Below are positions 1 through 9,566 of a stretch of DNA of 64,000 bases, piece after piece. The DNA is from a virus (Duplodnaviria > Caudoviricetes). The position numbers were made by a program, and so were the translations under genes. Location: IMG/VR virus record IMGVR_UViG_3300046011_007348, positions 8,024 through 72,023 of that record. The stretch is one strand, 5' to 3'. The notes under the pieces were generated by a model, which saw only the letters and a list, made by a program, of their open reading frames with translations, was not told the origin of the DNA and did not search any database. Positions within the stretch are counted from its first letter, which is position 1; each line of letters opens with the position of its first letter.

Positions 1-1200
1 ATGAGTTTTGTTTTTCCGGGGAGAGTAATTGCATATTCTCCAGAAGTATCAAAAAAATTAGGATCTGTCACCGCTGCCATTCTAGTAGGACAGCTAGAAT
101 TTTGGTTTAGCAAGTATAAGACATTTTGGAAGTTCTTAGAACCAAACAACTCTGAGAACTATAGAGAAGGCGACTCTTGGACAGAAGAACTAGCGATGTC
201 TAAAGCAGAGTTCAAGACTGCTTTTAGCAAAGTAGGGATAAAGTACGCATCCCAAAAAGAGTATGAAGATGCAGAGAATAAGTTCGTTAAAGACGGTAAA
301 GAATATCTTTATTGTTCTTACACGAATAAATTAACGCATATCACCTGGTATGAGCGCAATGATGCCAAGGTGGAAAGATTTTGGATAGACACGTTCTTTG
401 TGGATAGAAACACTCTTAAAGAGCGCCCATTTTTGTCTAATGAACTACAAGACAAGAAAGAGACAAGAGCGCTCACACCCGTACTTGGTGTGAGGCGGGA
501 TTTGCCACAATCACAATCTCGCTTTCCCGAAAGCAAGAAAGTTGATCTCGATTCATATACAGAGATCAATGCAAAGAAAAAAAATAAATATAAGAAAGAT
601 GTTGTGGACAAGACTCAGAATAAGTCTGAGGAAAAGTCGGAAGTCCAAGAAGTAAAAAGTCTTCCTTTGGTAAAAACTCAAGAAGATAAGAATGTTGAAA
701 GATTATCCGTTGATCAGGATAAACAAGCGTCGCCCCCGCCCGCGTCTTGTCAAAACGCGGATAGTCTTGGATTAAAAAATGATTATTATACGCGTCCAAC
801 ACATCATATAAAAAATACGCCTATGAGCATTGCAACAGATGCTTGGATGGCTGAAAGCAAACAAAATGTTAAAGCTTCGTTTGCTGAATGGGTGTACAAT
901 GAGCGGCGAAAAAGCAACCCTAATGCTAATTTGGCTCATATTGTTGCTGAGATTAAAAACAATGCCGTCGGCGCTGCTATTTCGTGGAAAGAGTATCTTA
1001 AAGAACAAGCCAAGCTAGAACAACTACAACAAGAGAAGTTGAAAGAGAAAACATTGGCTGAAGCCAAAGAAAAGCAAGCGCAATGGGAGATAGAACAAGA
1101 AGCTGAATCTCTTGGCATGACTACCCAGGAGTACATTCTTTACAAAAATAAAAAAGCTGAAAAGGATTTAAAAGCTAAATTCAATGAGTGGGGTTTCTAA
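1..1200 (+). CDS. Putative phage replication initiator protein
   Basis: N-terminus (AAILVGQLEFW...GDSWTEELAMS) resembles the wHTH of phage replication organisers; low-complexity K/E linker; directly upstream of DnaB. Confidence 0.65.
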   Translation: MSFVFPGRVIAYSPEVSKKLGSVTAAILVGQLEFWFSKYKTFWKFLEPNNSENYREGDSWTEELAMSKAEFKTAFSKVGIKYASQKEYEDAENKFVKDGKEYLYCSYTNKLTHITWYERNDAKVERFWIDTFFVDRNTLKERPFLSNELQDKKETRALTPVLGVRRDLPQSQSRFPESKKVDLDSYTEINAKKKNKYKKDVVDKTQNKSEEKSEVQEVKSLPLVKTQEDKNVERLSVDQDKQASPPPASCQNADSLGLKNDYYTRPTHHIKNTPMSIATDAWMAESKQNVKASFAEWVYNERRKSNPNANLAHIVAEIKNNAVGAAISWKEYLKEQAKLEQLQQEKLKEKTLAEAKEKQAQWEIEQEAESLGMTTQEYILYKNKKAEKDLKAKFNEWGF

Positions 1201-1205
1201 TTCCA

Positions 1206-1234
1206 TTGACAGTGTGTTTTTATTGTGTTAGATT
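1206..1234 (+). promoter_or_regulatory. Sigma70-type promoter for helicase
   Basis: TTGACA-N17-TAGATT. Confidence 0.6.
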
Positions 1235-1261
1235 GCTGGTGGTGTTTACCGTGGTGTTAAC

Positions 1262-2563
1262 ATGGACGTTACAATAATAACTTCTCCGGAGTCGGAGAGA
1301 GAACTTCTAAGTTATGTGTTAGTGCATGGCTTGGACATAGTTGAGAAGTATGAGATACAGGAAGAAGATTTTTCTGTGTTGGATTACAAAAAGCTATTTA
1401 AAGTATTTAAGACTTTAAATAATCAAGGCAAGCGCATTGACTTGTTGGAAGTCAGCAATTTCCTAACCACAAACTCTGTCAAGTTAGTGGCAGAGCCAAA
1501 AGCATTAATAGCATCTATTCTGGATAGTGCATATTACAATCCAGAGTCAGCAGCATCTATAGTTAAGGACAAATCGCTCAGGAGGCGAATTATGTCAGCT
1601 GCTGAATTCGCAAGGAAAGAGTCCAACAACTTGCTTGTTGAGCCACAGGATTTGTTGGCATCCATGCAAGAGGAGTTACTAAAAGTTGAAAGGCAAGTTC
1701 ATGGGGACAGATATCAGCTGTACTCTGCTAATAAACTTGCTGTAAGCGTGTTTGATTATTTGACTTCAGAGCATCAAAAATTGCCTAATTTAGGCTGGTA
1801 TTCACTTGATAATATACTAGAAGGCATTCGTCCGTGCGTGTACCTTGTAGCTGGCGGTACAGGCATGGGGAAAACGTCTTTTATGTTAGCTATGGCAATG
1901 CAATTAATGAAACTGCATGGATTGCCTGCATTGTACTTTACTCCTGAGATGACACAGGAGCAGTTTGCAACGAGAATGTTGTCAAACATTACTGGGATAA
2001 ATTCTAGTGATTTGTTGCAGATTGGGAGAAATGAGCAACATCATAAGTGGGATGCAATTGTTCAAGGCATTGCACAGTTAGGAGATTTACCATTGTATGT
2101 GAACGATAATAGCTCACCTAGCATGGCAATTATTGAGTCAGATATTAGGAAAGTGATAGCTCAGCGTGGTGAGAAGATAGCTGTATTTGTGGATTATTTA
2201 CAGCAATTGCCACCTGTCTCCAAGGACGGTGATTCTGCATCTGAGTTAGGACGACGGATGCAACTACTTGATAATATTTCTAAGAAATATCAAGTACCGC
2301 TATTTGTTGGTTGTCAGATTAATCGTAGTAACGCTACTACACAGGACAAACGTCCTGATTTGTTTAGTATCCGTGGTAGTGGAGAAATAGCGGAAAAGGC
2401 AGCTGTTATTATTGGATTATTTCGTTCTGCTTATTATAGCAAAGATCCAGGAGACAATAGCTTTGAAGCATTAGTATTAAAAAACAGATGGGGAAGGATG
2501 GGAGAGACTGCATATTTACGATGTGATTTAGGTACTTCATCTTTCTGGGATGCAACAGTGTAG
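1262..2563 (+). CDS. dnaB: DnaB-like replicative helicase
   Basis: Walker A GGTGMGKT, VFVDYLQ, QINR...DKRP...RGSGEI, KNRWG motifs; DnaB N-terminal domain. Confidence 0.95.
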   Translation: MDVTIITSPESERELLSYVLVHGLDIVEKYEIQEEDFSVLDYKKLFKVFKTLNNQGKRIDLLEVSNFLTTNSVKLVAEPKALIASILDSAYYNPESAASIVKDKSLRRRIMSAAEFARKESNNLLVEPQDLLASMQEELLKVERQVHGDRYQLYSANKLAVSVFDYLTSEHQKLPNLGWYSLDNILEGIRPCVYLVAGGTGMGKTSFMLAMAMQLMKLHGLPALYFTPEMTQEQFATRMLSNITGINSSDLLQIGRNEQHHKWDAIVQGIAQLGDLPLYVNDNSSPSMAIIESDIRKVIAQRGEKIAVFVDYLQQLPPVSKDGDSASELGRRMQLLDNISKKYQVPLFVGCQINRSNATTQDKRPDLFSIRGSGEIAEKAAVIIGLFRSAYYSKDPGDNSFEALVLKNRWGRMGETAYLRCDLGTSSFWDATV

Positions 2564-2628
2564 CTCCTGTTGTTAAACCTGCATTACTGTCAATATAATT
2601 AAAAAATAATGACAAATGCAGGTATCTC

Positions 2629-2919
2629 ATGACAGAAGAAGAAAGAGATTTAAGAAGGCGGGAAGCTCAAAAACGTTACTATGAGCGTTCCAAGCGTGGA
2701 TATAAGCCGTCTAGATGTAGTAAGTGTGGAGCTAGACTTAAAATTGATTCTAAGCACGCTCCTATCTGCTGGGGCTGTTGGTACAAAACTGACGAAGGCA
2801 AAGAGTATTTGCGAGACAAGCAACGTCTTTGCAGAAAGAGAAAAAAGTCAGATAATCTATTGACAATTACTAGAAAAAATACTATAGTAGATGAAACGAT
2901 TAGTGTAGGTGTAGTATGA
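2629..2919 (+). CDS. Small basic zinc-finger protein
   Basis: CSKC...CWGC; R/K rich. Confidence 0.6.
   Translation: MTEEERDLRRREAQKRYYERSKRGYKPSRCSKCGARLKIDSKHAPICWGCWYKTDEGKEYLRDKQRLCRKRKKSDNLLTITRKNTIVDETISVGVV
2860..2888 (+). promoter_or_regulatory. Sigma70-type promoter for ERF gene
   Basis: TTGACA-N17-TATAGT, preceded by GATAATCTA. Confidence 0.65.
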
Positions 2920-3644
2920 ATGAATTAATAACAGCATTAATTGCAGCGGAAGAGGAATTTGAGACAATCATTAAGGATTGTCGCAATAAAGCGCAGAATT
3001 TTTCTTATGCTTCTATGGAAGCAATCAATCAGGCTATTAAACCTGCTTTACGCAAGCATGGCTTAAATGTCATGTTTATCAATAGTCAAGAAGCGGATGA
3101 CGAAAATCCTACACTGACGCTTGTGTTAACTCACAAGTCAGGGGAGAAATTAGAGAGTTCTATGAGACTTACGCCGTCTATCATGAAGAACAAAGATGGC
3201 AGGGAAATTCAAACGTACGCTCAAGCTTTGGCTGCTGCTAATACGTCAGCCAAAAGATTACTGCTAACAAGTATGTTGAATCTTTCTTTGGAGGAAGATG
3301 AAGACAGTGTATTCAACCCCGCTGAAATGCAGGCTCACAGAGTTCCGCATCGGGCTTTACCACAGCAGCAGCAAAAAACATTCGAGAAAATATCGTCAGA
3401 GCAGCTTTTGACGTTGAATAAGCTGCTTTACAAAAAAGGAATGGTGAACGATAAGTTCCAAGCAGACGATGCTCAGAGAGCAGCTGCGTCTTCTGTCATT
3501 AAAGAAGTCTGTGGAGGTATATTTGCAAGAGCTGATATTCCTCAGAAGCATTTTCAGGCATTGCTTACCAAGCTGGATGCTATACCAGATGCATTAGAAT
3601 CTTCTGAAGAGAAAAACACGGAAGATATAAGCAAGTGGATATAG
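2916..3644 (+). CDS. erf: ERF-family ssDNA annealing protein
   Basis: NFSYAS...IKPALRKHGL...LTHKSGE...QALAAANTSAKR...EDED pattern typical of ERF. Confidence 0.85.
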   Translation: MNELITALIAAEEEFETIIKDCRNKAQNFSYASMEAINQAIKPALRKHGLNVMFINSQEADDENPTLTLVLTHKSGEKLESSMRLTPSIMKNKDGREIQTYAQALAAANTSAKRLLLTSMLNLSLEEDEDSVFNPAEMQAHRVPHRALPQQQQKTFEKISSEQLLTLNKLLYKKGMVNDKFQADDAQRAAASSVIKEVCGGIFARADIPQKHFQALLTKLDAIPDALESSEEKNTEDISKWI

Positions 3645-3653
3645 ATTAATTTT

Positions 3654-3686
3654 TACCCGCTCTTGTTTAAGAGCGGGTATTTTTTT
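3654..3686 (+). terminator. Intrinsic terminator between convergent ERF and dnaN
   Basis: TACCCGCTCTT-GTTT-AAGAGCGGGTA followed by T7. Confidence 0.85.
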
Positions 3687-4797
3687 AGTTTCTTAATTGA
3701 ATAGGCATTGTCAATCTGATATTCTTGTCTAAATCGTCTACATTGGTTAAAATTACTGGACTTAACGGCTGATTTAGCTTAATTAATACTTCCTCCCCAT
3801 CTAATGATTTTAATCCATCCAGGAGGTATTTTAAATTGAATGCAGTTGTTACAGAGTCGCCAGATATTTGAACTGACTCAATAGCATCAACAGCAGAGCC
3901 AAGTTGTGGTTCTTCACTACTAATTTCTAATCTTTGATTACCAGCATCAAACACAACTTTAGCTATATTGTTGCGACTATCAGCCATAACACTAACTCTC
4001 TCTAATGCGCCGATAAAGTCTTTTTTGGGAGCGATAACAAAAGTTGTAAATTCTTTTGGGATTAGTCTTGAGTAGCTTGGGAATGTGCCTTCTAGAATTT
4101 TAGTTACTATTGTTATTTCCGCTGTTTGGAAGTAAGCAATGTAATCTTTGATAGTAAAACTTAGCTCATCATAAGCCTTAACAATTCTGGAAATTTCTGT
4201 TAAGACTTTAGCTGGAATCGTTACTTCCATTGTTTCTAATTCTTTGTCATGAGCAAATTTATGTACAGATAATCTATGCCCATCTGTACTAGCTAGTGTG
4301 ATAAATAAATCAGAGACAGTAATATTTACTCCTTGTAGAATTTGCTTTGTCTCATCTGTTGATGCGGAGAACAGTACGGCTTTTAAGCCCTGTAAAAAAG
4401 ACTCTGCTGGTAATTTAAGTTTGTCATCTTCATCTTGAACCATTGGTATTTCTGGATATTCTGACGCACTTAGTGCGTTGATTTTCACCTTTCCAGTTTT
4501 GTGTTTGATAATTACTGTACTATCATCCAAAGTAACGGATAAATCGCATAATTGAATACGATTTACTGTATCTAACAACAAACTTGCTGGTAAGCAAATT
4601 GAACCATTTGTATCTGTGCTACAATTGATTCTAGCTGTTATCCCAAAACTTAAATCGAATCCAGTGATAGTAAGCAAGTCGTCTTTAGCTGTTAACAATA
4701 CCGTGCCTAGTATTGGATGGGTGGGACGACTTGGGACGGCTTTAGAAACTATTCCTAAAGCATTAGCCAGCATTTTTTGGTTAACGTGAAATTTCAT
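3685..4797 (-). CDS. dnaN: DNA polymerase III beta sliding clamp
   Basis: SKAVPSRPTHPIL, ASTDETKQILQGV, STDGHRL, AFNLKYLLDGLK, MPIQLRN; cyanobacterial-like. Confidence 0.97.
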   Translation of the reverse strand: MKFHVNQKMLANALGIVSKAVPSRPTHPILGTVLLTAKDDLLTITGFDLSFGITARINCSTDTNGSICLPASLLLDTVNRIQLCDLSVTLDDSTVIIKHKTGKVKINALSASEYPEIPMVQDEDDKLKLPAESFLQGLKAVLFSASTDETKQILQGVNITVSDLFITLASTDGHRLSVHKFAHDKELETMEVTIPAKVLTEISRIVKAYDELSFTIKDYIAYFQTAEITIVTKILEGTFPSYSRLIPKEFTTFVIAPKKDFIGALERVSVMADSRNNIAKVVFDAGNQRLEISSEEPQLGSAVDAIESVQISGDSVTTAFNLKYLLDGLKSLDGEEVLIKLNQPLSPVILTNVDDLDKNIRLTMPIQLRN

Positions 4798-4816
4798 TTT
4801 GTGTTAAAAACTAAAG

Positions 4817-6337
4817 GTGTCATTTAATTATATGATAAATGTCAAGTTAAATCCTAAAAATAAAACAAAAATTAAACAAAAAACTATTGATATCTTGACA
4901 CAAGATGGGAGATCTAATTCACTGGATAATTTTTACCAAGTCCCTAGGAAGTATGGAGATTTTTTAGAAGAATGTTGTCGTATACGTTCTGGTAATAAAT
5001 TTATTCCATTTATGCCATTTGATTATCAAAAAGTTGTTAGTGATTTGATTGATGACTACCGTGGGATAATGATTTTTAAGACAAGACAATTAGGATTAAC
5101 AGAATGTATTTCTGCTAAATTCTTACACAAAGCATTATTAAATCCAGCGTATGCTTCTGCTGTTTTATCGTTGGGACAAAAAGAGTCGTCTAACATTGCT
5201 GTACGTATTCAATCAATGCCTGCTAATGTAAAAGATCTTAAATTTTTAACTAAATCTAAAACTGAAATTCACTTCCAGAATGCTGGTAAAATATGGTTTC
5301 GTCCAGCTACAGATAATGCTACGCGTTCTTTGGAATCTGTTAGTGATATTTTTTATGATGAAGCTGCTTTTCCTCCAAATTTTAGTGAGATTTATGCCTC
5401 ATCAACACCATCTCAAGAAGCGGTAGGGGAGAATGCTAGAACTATAATGGCTACTACAATGTCACAACTAGGTAAGTTATCGACATTTTGGCAAATGTTC
5501 AATAGCGCTAATCCTGTGGATGCAGAATCTATAATTCAACGGATAAAGTTGGGGAAAGAAGAGCCATGTTATTGGTGGATAGATGACAATGGTTGGGCGA
5601 AAGTTATTATCCACTGGAAAGCACACCCTATATATTCTTCTGTACCTGACTTCTTAGAGAAAACTAAGAAGAAGCACAAGCTAACAGATGATGCTTTGAA
5701 CAGAGAATATAATTTAGGCATTCCTGACTCAGGTGGTGCATTATTTAGTTATGAATATGTCTCTAAATGCGCAGTCGGTAGTTGGCAATTACCAAACAAA
5801 GATAGATATTATATGGCTGCTTTAGATCCAAATTTTGGTGGTACAGACTATTGGGAATATTTGATTATTGACATTACAGAAACTCCTTATCAAGTAGTTG
5901 CAGAATATAGAGAAAACTCTAGACAATCTTTGTATTGTATAGACAAAACGCTGGAGTTATCTGATGCCTATAATCCAGTTTTAACAGTGATAGAACATAA
6001 TTCAGGTGGTGCTATTATTGCAGCTGAAATCTCCAAATTGAGGCGTAATTTATCAATTGAAACTGTAGCTACTACCAACGTATCTAAAGTGCAAAATACA
6101 GATAGATTAGCGTTAGCTTTAGAAAAACAAGAAGTTATATTCCCCTACAATTGGGATGGATTAACAGAATTTGGCGCGTTCTCTTTGCAAAGCAGAAAAG
6201 CTATGTACGGACATGACGACTGTGTTATGTGCCTTGCTATTGCTTTTGCTAAATTAGATGTTGCTTTAAGACGCAAAGGTACTGCCCTAGAAGGAGATCT
6301 AGGAACTATCGCGGGACGTAAAAGCAGATTTAGATAA
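4817..6337 (+). CDS. terL: Terminase large subunit (start may be ATG 4832)
   Basis: Q-motif PFDYQ, Walker A KTRQLGLT, Walker B IFYDEAAF, RNase H acidic motifs ALDPNFGGTD and GHDDCVM. Confidence 0.93.
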   Translation: MSFNYMINVKLNPKNKTKIKQKTIDILTQDGRSNSLDNFYQVPRKYGDFLEECCRIRSGNKFIPFMPFDYQKVVSDLIDDYRGIMIFKTRQLGLTECISAKFLHKALLNPAYASAVLSLGQKESSNIAVRIQSMPANVKDLKFLTKSKTEIHFQNAGKIWFRPATDNATRSLESVSDIFYDEAAFPPNFSEIYASSTPSQEAVGENARTIMATTMSQLGKLSTFWQMFNSANPVDAESIIQRIKLGKEEPCYWWIDDNGWAKVIIHWKAHPIYSSVPDFLEKTKKKHKLTDDALNREYNLGIPDSGGALFSYEYVSKCAVGSWQLPNKDRYYMAALDPNFGGTDYWEYLIIDITETPYQVVAEYRENSRQSLYCIDKTLELSDAYNPVLTVIEHNSGGAIIAAEISKLRRNLSIETVATTNVSKVQNTDRLALALEKQEVIFPYNWDGLTEFGAFSLQSRKAMYGHDDCVMCLAIAFAKLDVALRRKGTALEGDLGTIAGRKSRFR

Positions 6338-6462
6338 GGAAAGCCCTGTTGAAGAGAAGGGCATAGAGAGGGATAAAATTATTGTACCAAAAATTTTCTA
6401 TATTACAGTTTTGCGTATATGTAACATATAATTAAAATTATATTATTTAATAACATTTTTGT

Positions 6463-7734
6463 ATGGTTAATTACGGAAAAATATTTAGCAAACTTTGGCA
6501 ATTTTTTAGAGGCTCTAATAATCTAGAAGGCATTAGGCAATCTGTTATTTATCCGCACACTCAAACTAAAAATTATTTCGATTTACCAGAAACGCCTATA
6601 CGTCCGGTACACGGTGATTTGAATATATCTTACGAACTTCTAGAGATGTATTATTGGAGTTATGAATACAGGCACTCCATTGATACTATCGCATCTGATT
6701 GCTTCCAGGAAGTGGAAGGACAAGTCAGCAGTTGGTATGTCAATCCTACTTTAAGTGATGGCACAGTTGTTAGTCCGGAAGTGCTGGAAATAGCCAAAGA
6801 GCTATCAGAGTACAGATATGGTAAAGAACTAGTATTAGGTGGTGATTTCTTAATTAGAGCAGCGATAGAAGCGTTAGCGTTTGGCGACAGTTTCGTTGAA
6901 TTAGGCATTGGTAAAACAGGAATTGGTAATAATGATTGGGACATTGTTTCTAGTCAGTATTTACCTACTTTCTCTGTATTTGTGGAAAAGACTAGCAGTA
7001 ATCAAACAGTAAGTTATATTCAACGTACAAGAGTCATGCCATCGGAGGATGATATTCAATTCAATCCTGTTAAAATACTGCATTTTAAATACAAATCTAG
7101 AGGATTGTATGGCAATTCTATTGGATTTCCTTCTATAGAAACATGGCGTAAATTCAAAGAGTGTTCTGTGGCATTAGAGACAGCAGCGCGAGATGTGGGG
7201 ATTACTCCATGGTTGCATATTTTACCAGAAGACAAGACGGAACAAGACAGAATAGATTACATGCAGCGTCATGAATCTATGTCAGCAAGTGGTATTATTA
7301 CCAATTTGTATTTACTGTCTGGCTCTGATGTCAAGAAAGCTGCTGGAACAAGTGGTGATTCATTAGCTCCTTTAATTGATTATTGGCTAAAGCTAAGATA
7401 TCAATGCATTCCTCCTAGAGTGCCTGCCTGGATATTTCCAGGATTAGCAGAATCCACAGGTTCTAGAGATATTCATGGACAGCCAGCGTTAACTTATAGT
7501 CGTCTGATTGGTGAAGTCCGTTCCTTGATTGGAGAGCAAGTTAGATGGGCGATTTGTCTAAAAATGGTATTAAGATATGGATACGATTTTTACATTGCTA
7601 ACAGGCATTTTGATGTCAAATGGCCTAAGTGGGTATTAACTCCTAACTCTGAATACACACAAGTCATGGGTGAGTTTGCTTCTCCTACTGATATTCCAAC
7701 AACTACAGAATCTCCGGAGTCATATGGAAACTAA
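6463..7734 (+). CDS. Portal protein
   Basis: Follows TerL; 423 aa; ALAFGDSFVE and KILHFK...LYG portal-like motifs. Confidence 0.8.
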   Translation: MVNYGKIFSKLWQFFRGSNNLEGIRQSVIYPHTQTKNYFDLPETPIRPVHGDLNISYELLEMYYWSYEYRHSIDTIASDCFQEVEGQVSSWYVNPTLSDGTVVSPEVLEIAKELSEYRYGKELVLGGDFLIRAAIEALAFGDSFVELGIGKTGIGNNDWDIVSSQYLPTFSVFVEKTSSNQTVSYIQRTRVMPSEDDIQFNPVKILHFKYKSRGLYGNSIGFPSIETWRKFKECSVALETAARDVGITPWLHILPEDKTEQDRIDYMQRHESMSASGIITNLYLLSGSDVKKAAGTSGDSLAPLIDYWLKLRYQCIPPRVPAWIFPGLAESTGSRDIHGQPALTYSRLIGEVRSLIGEQVRWAICLKMVLRYGYDFYIANRHFDVKWPKWVLTPNSEYTQVMGEFASPTDIPTTTESPESYGN

Positions 7735-7897
7735 TTTTATTCCAACTGAACAATCAAATTTAGAGCCGTTAGAAACATTGCTAAGACGTGCTTTAATCTT
7801 CCCTGAAGATGTTGACAAATACATTGAAGATTGGGACGAAAATAATCCAGATTATGCCGGATTACTCAATGCTGAAATTTTACCAGAGGAGACATAA
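7724..7897 (+). CDS. Small acidic hypothetical protein (head module)
   Basis: ATG 7724 overlaps portal end; stop overlaps next start. Confidence 0.55.
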   Translation: METNFIPTEQSNLEPLETLLRRALIFPEDVDKYIEDWDENNPDYAGLLNAEILPEET

Positions 7898-8595
7898 TGG
7901 ATTTTGCGTTTGATCCAAAAACTCAAAGATTTAGATATACTTCTGGTATTTTTGCTGGTAAATTTGTGTCTAGAGCAGATGTCCAAGAAATTATAGAAAA
8001 TGGAATTAAACGATTAAAAACTGATATAAAAACTGTAACTGAATTATTATTAAATAATAAAATCAGTGTAAGTACTTGGGAATCTACTATGGCTGAGATT
8101 ATCAAGAAAGGAGACACACAATCTTATCTAGCAGGCAAAGGAGGCAAGTACATTTTTAAATCTAGAGACAAAGGCATTGTAGGTAAAGCCTTAGCTGAGG
8201 AATATGCTTACTTACGTCGTTTCTCTCAAGAAATTAAAAATGGCAATTTATCACCTTCTCAGATAAAAGACAGAGCTAACAAGTACGGAGATTCTTTCTA
8301 TAAATTCTATGAAAGAGGACGTGCTGAATCTCATAAAGAAGCTGGATTTAGATGGGAGAAATGGATAATTGGTGCTTACAACAATGTTTGTCCAGATTGC
8401 ATAGCTTATTCATTATCCGGCTGGCAATTAATTGGACACTTCCCATCAATTGGTGTGGCAACAGCATGTAAAATGCGTTGTAGATGCCATAAAGATTATT
8501 CTAGTAATGTTAGTAAACCTGATTTAAATTTATTAAATTCAAGACAAGGATGGATTAATCATGCTGCAAATTATGGAACTTACAAAGTCCGCTAA
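7897..8595 (+). CDS. Head morphogenesis / minor capsid protein (Mu gpF/SPP1 gp7-like)
   Basis: C-terminal CPDC...CKMRCRC motif; position after portal. Confidence 0.7.
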   Translation: MDFAFDPKTQRFRYTSGIFAGKFVSRADVQEIIENGIKRLKTDIKTVTELLLNNKISVSTWESTMAEIIKKGDTQSYLAGKGGKYIFKSRDKGIVGKALAEEYAYLRRFSQEIKNGNLSPSQIKDRANKYGDSFYKFYERGRAESHKEAGFRWEKWIIGAYNNVCPDCIAYSLSGWQLIGHFPSIGVATACKMRCRCHKDYSSNVSKPDLNLLNSRQGWINHAANYGTYKVR

Positions 8596-9265
8596 ACGTG
8601 TTTTATACATGGGAACTCCTATTCCAGAAGATTTGGATAAAATCAAATCATTGACAAAACAAGAATGGGAAGCTGATGAATGGTTTATTGTTCCTTTAAG
8701 AGCATCTGATAATTTGGTAAGTCGCAATTACAAAGTATGGCATGACAATGTTTTAGAACAAATGCCACAGCAATTAATTGGTAAAAGTTTACTTAAAAAT
8801 CATGATTGGGATAATGTAGAAAATTCTACTGGTTTTATTTTAGATGCTTTTTTGGCTAATGACTCCTTGCCAGAATATAGTCAAGATAAAATGTATAAAA
8901 ACTTATCCTCTATTAAAGATAAAGGATATAAATGTGTTTACTGTATTGCTGCTATCCATGCTTCAAAAGCACAAGATATCATGGATATTAAGACAATGCG
9001 GATTAGTAAATGTTCTACTGGTGGTGTCTTATCTGAAGTAGATATTATTTGCCCAAACTGTTCTGCTGAATATGGTAGAGAAGTTAGCTTTTTTGAAATA
9101 GACGAATATGGCAATTATATCTGTCCTCATCAAATACCAGGTGGATACGATTATGATGAGGACGACGAATTAGCTGATTACGCTATTTGGAATGGAGTGT
9201 TCGATGGAGTCGAATTGTCCTTGGTTGTTTGCGGCAATCTGTTCAAAGCTGAAATCATTAGATAG
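8561..9265 (+). CDS. Putative prohead protease with Zn-ribbon insert
   Basis: LKNHDW, STGG...CPNC...CPHQIPG...ELSLV pattern seen in phage head maturation proteases. Confidence 0.65.
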   Translation: MLQIMELTKSAKRVLYMGTPIPEDLDKIKSLTKQEWEADEWFIVPLRASDNLVSRNYKVWHDNVLEQMPQQLIGKSLLKNHDWDNVENSTGFILDAFLANDSLPEYSQDKMYKNLSSIKDKGYKCVYCIAAIHASKAQDIMDIKTMRISKCSTGGVLSEVDIICPNCSAEYGREVSFFEIDEYGNYICPHQIPGGYDYDEDDELADYAIWNGVFDGVELSLVVCGNLFKAEIIR

Positions 9266-9565
9266 TTCCTCTAATTCTTCACTAGAGATTAGTTGATAAG
9301 TCACAGGCATGATAATCTGTGGTAATATCAAATCTCCTACATCTTCCTGTGTTGGAACTGGGAAGATGTAAAAATCTTTGAACTCTTTAATCTCCGCCCA
9401 TGTTGTAGTCTTGGCAGCATTTATATCCGGCTCTCCTGTCTCTGCATTTACAGATATTATGCCTTCCTGCGTGACTAATTCTGGTGGAAACATAGATGCT
9501 AAAGTGACATTAATATAATCTAATGCCGTCTGTGCGTCTTCTTTGTTTGTGAATTTGTAATACAT
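9170..9565 (-). CDS. Hypothetical protein, possible tail-fibre chaperone
   Basis: Last gene of the minus-strand fibre operon. Confidence 0.5.
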   Translation of the reverse strand: MYYKFTNKEDAQTALDYINVTLASMFPPELVTQEGIISVNAETGEPDINAAKTTTWAEIKEFKDFYIFPVPTQEDVGDLILPQIIMPVTYQLISSEELEELSNDFSFEQIAANNQGQFDSIEHSIPNSVIS

Positions 9566-9566
9566 A

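Noticed and set aside
440-770. Replication-origin iterons in the initiator gene
   Set aside because: Only short AAGAAAG-type matches, explicable by K/E codons, and a 6-bp inverted repeat at 740-760
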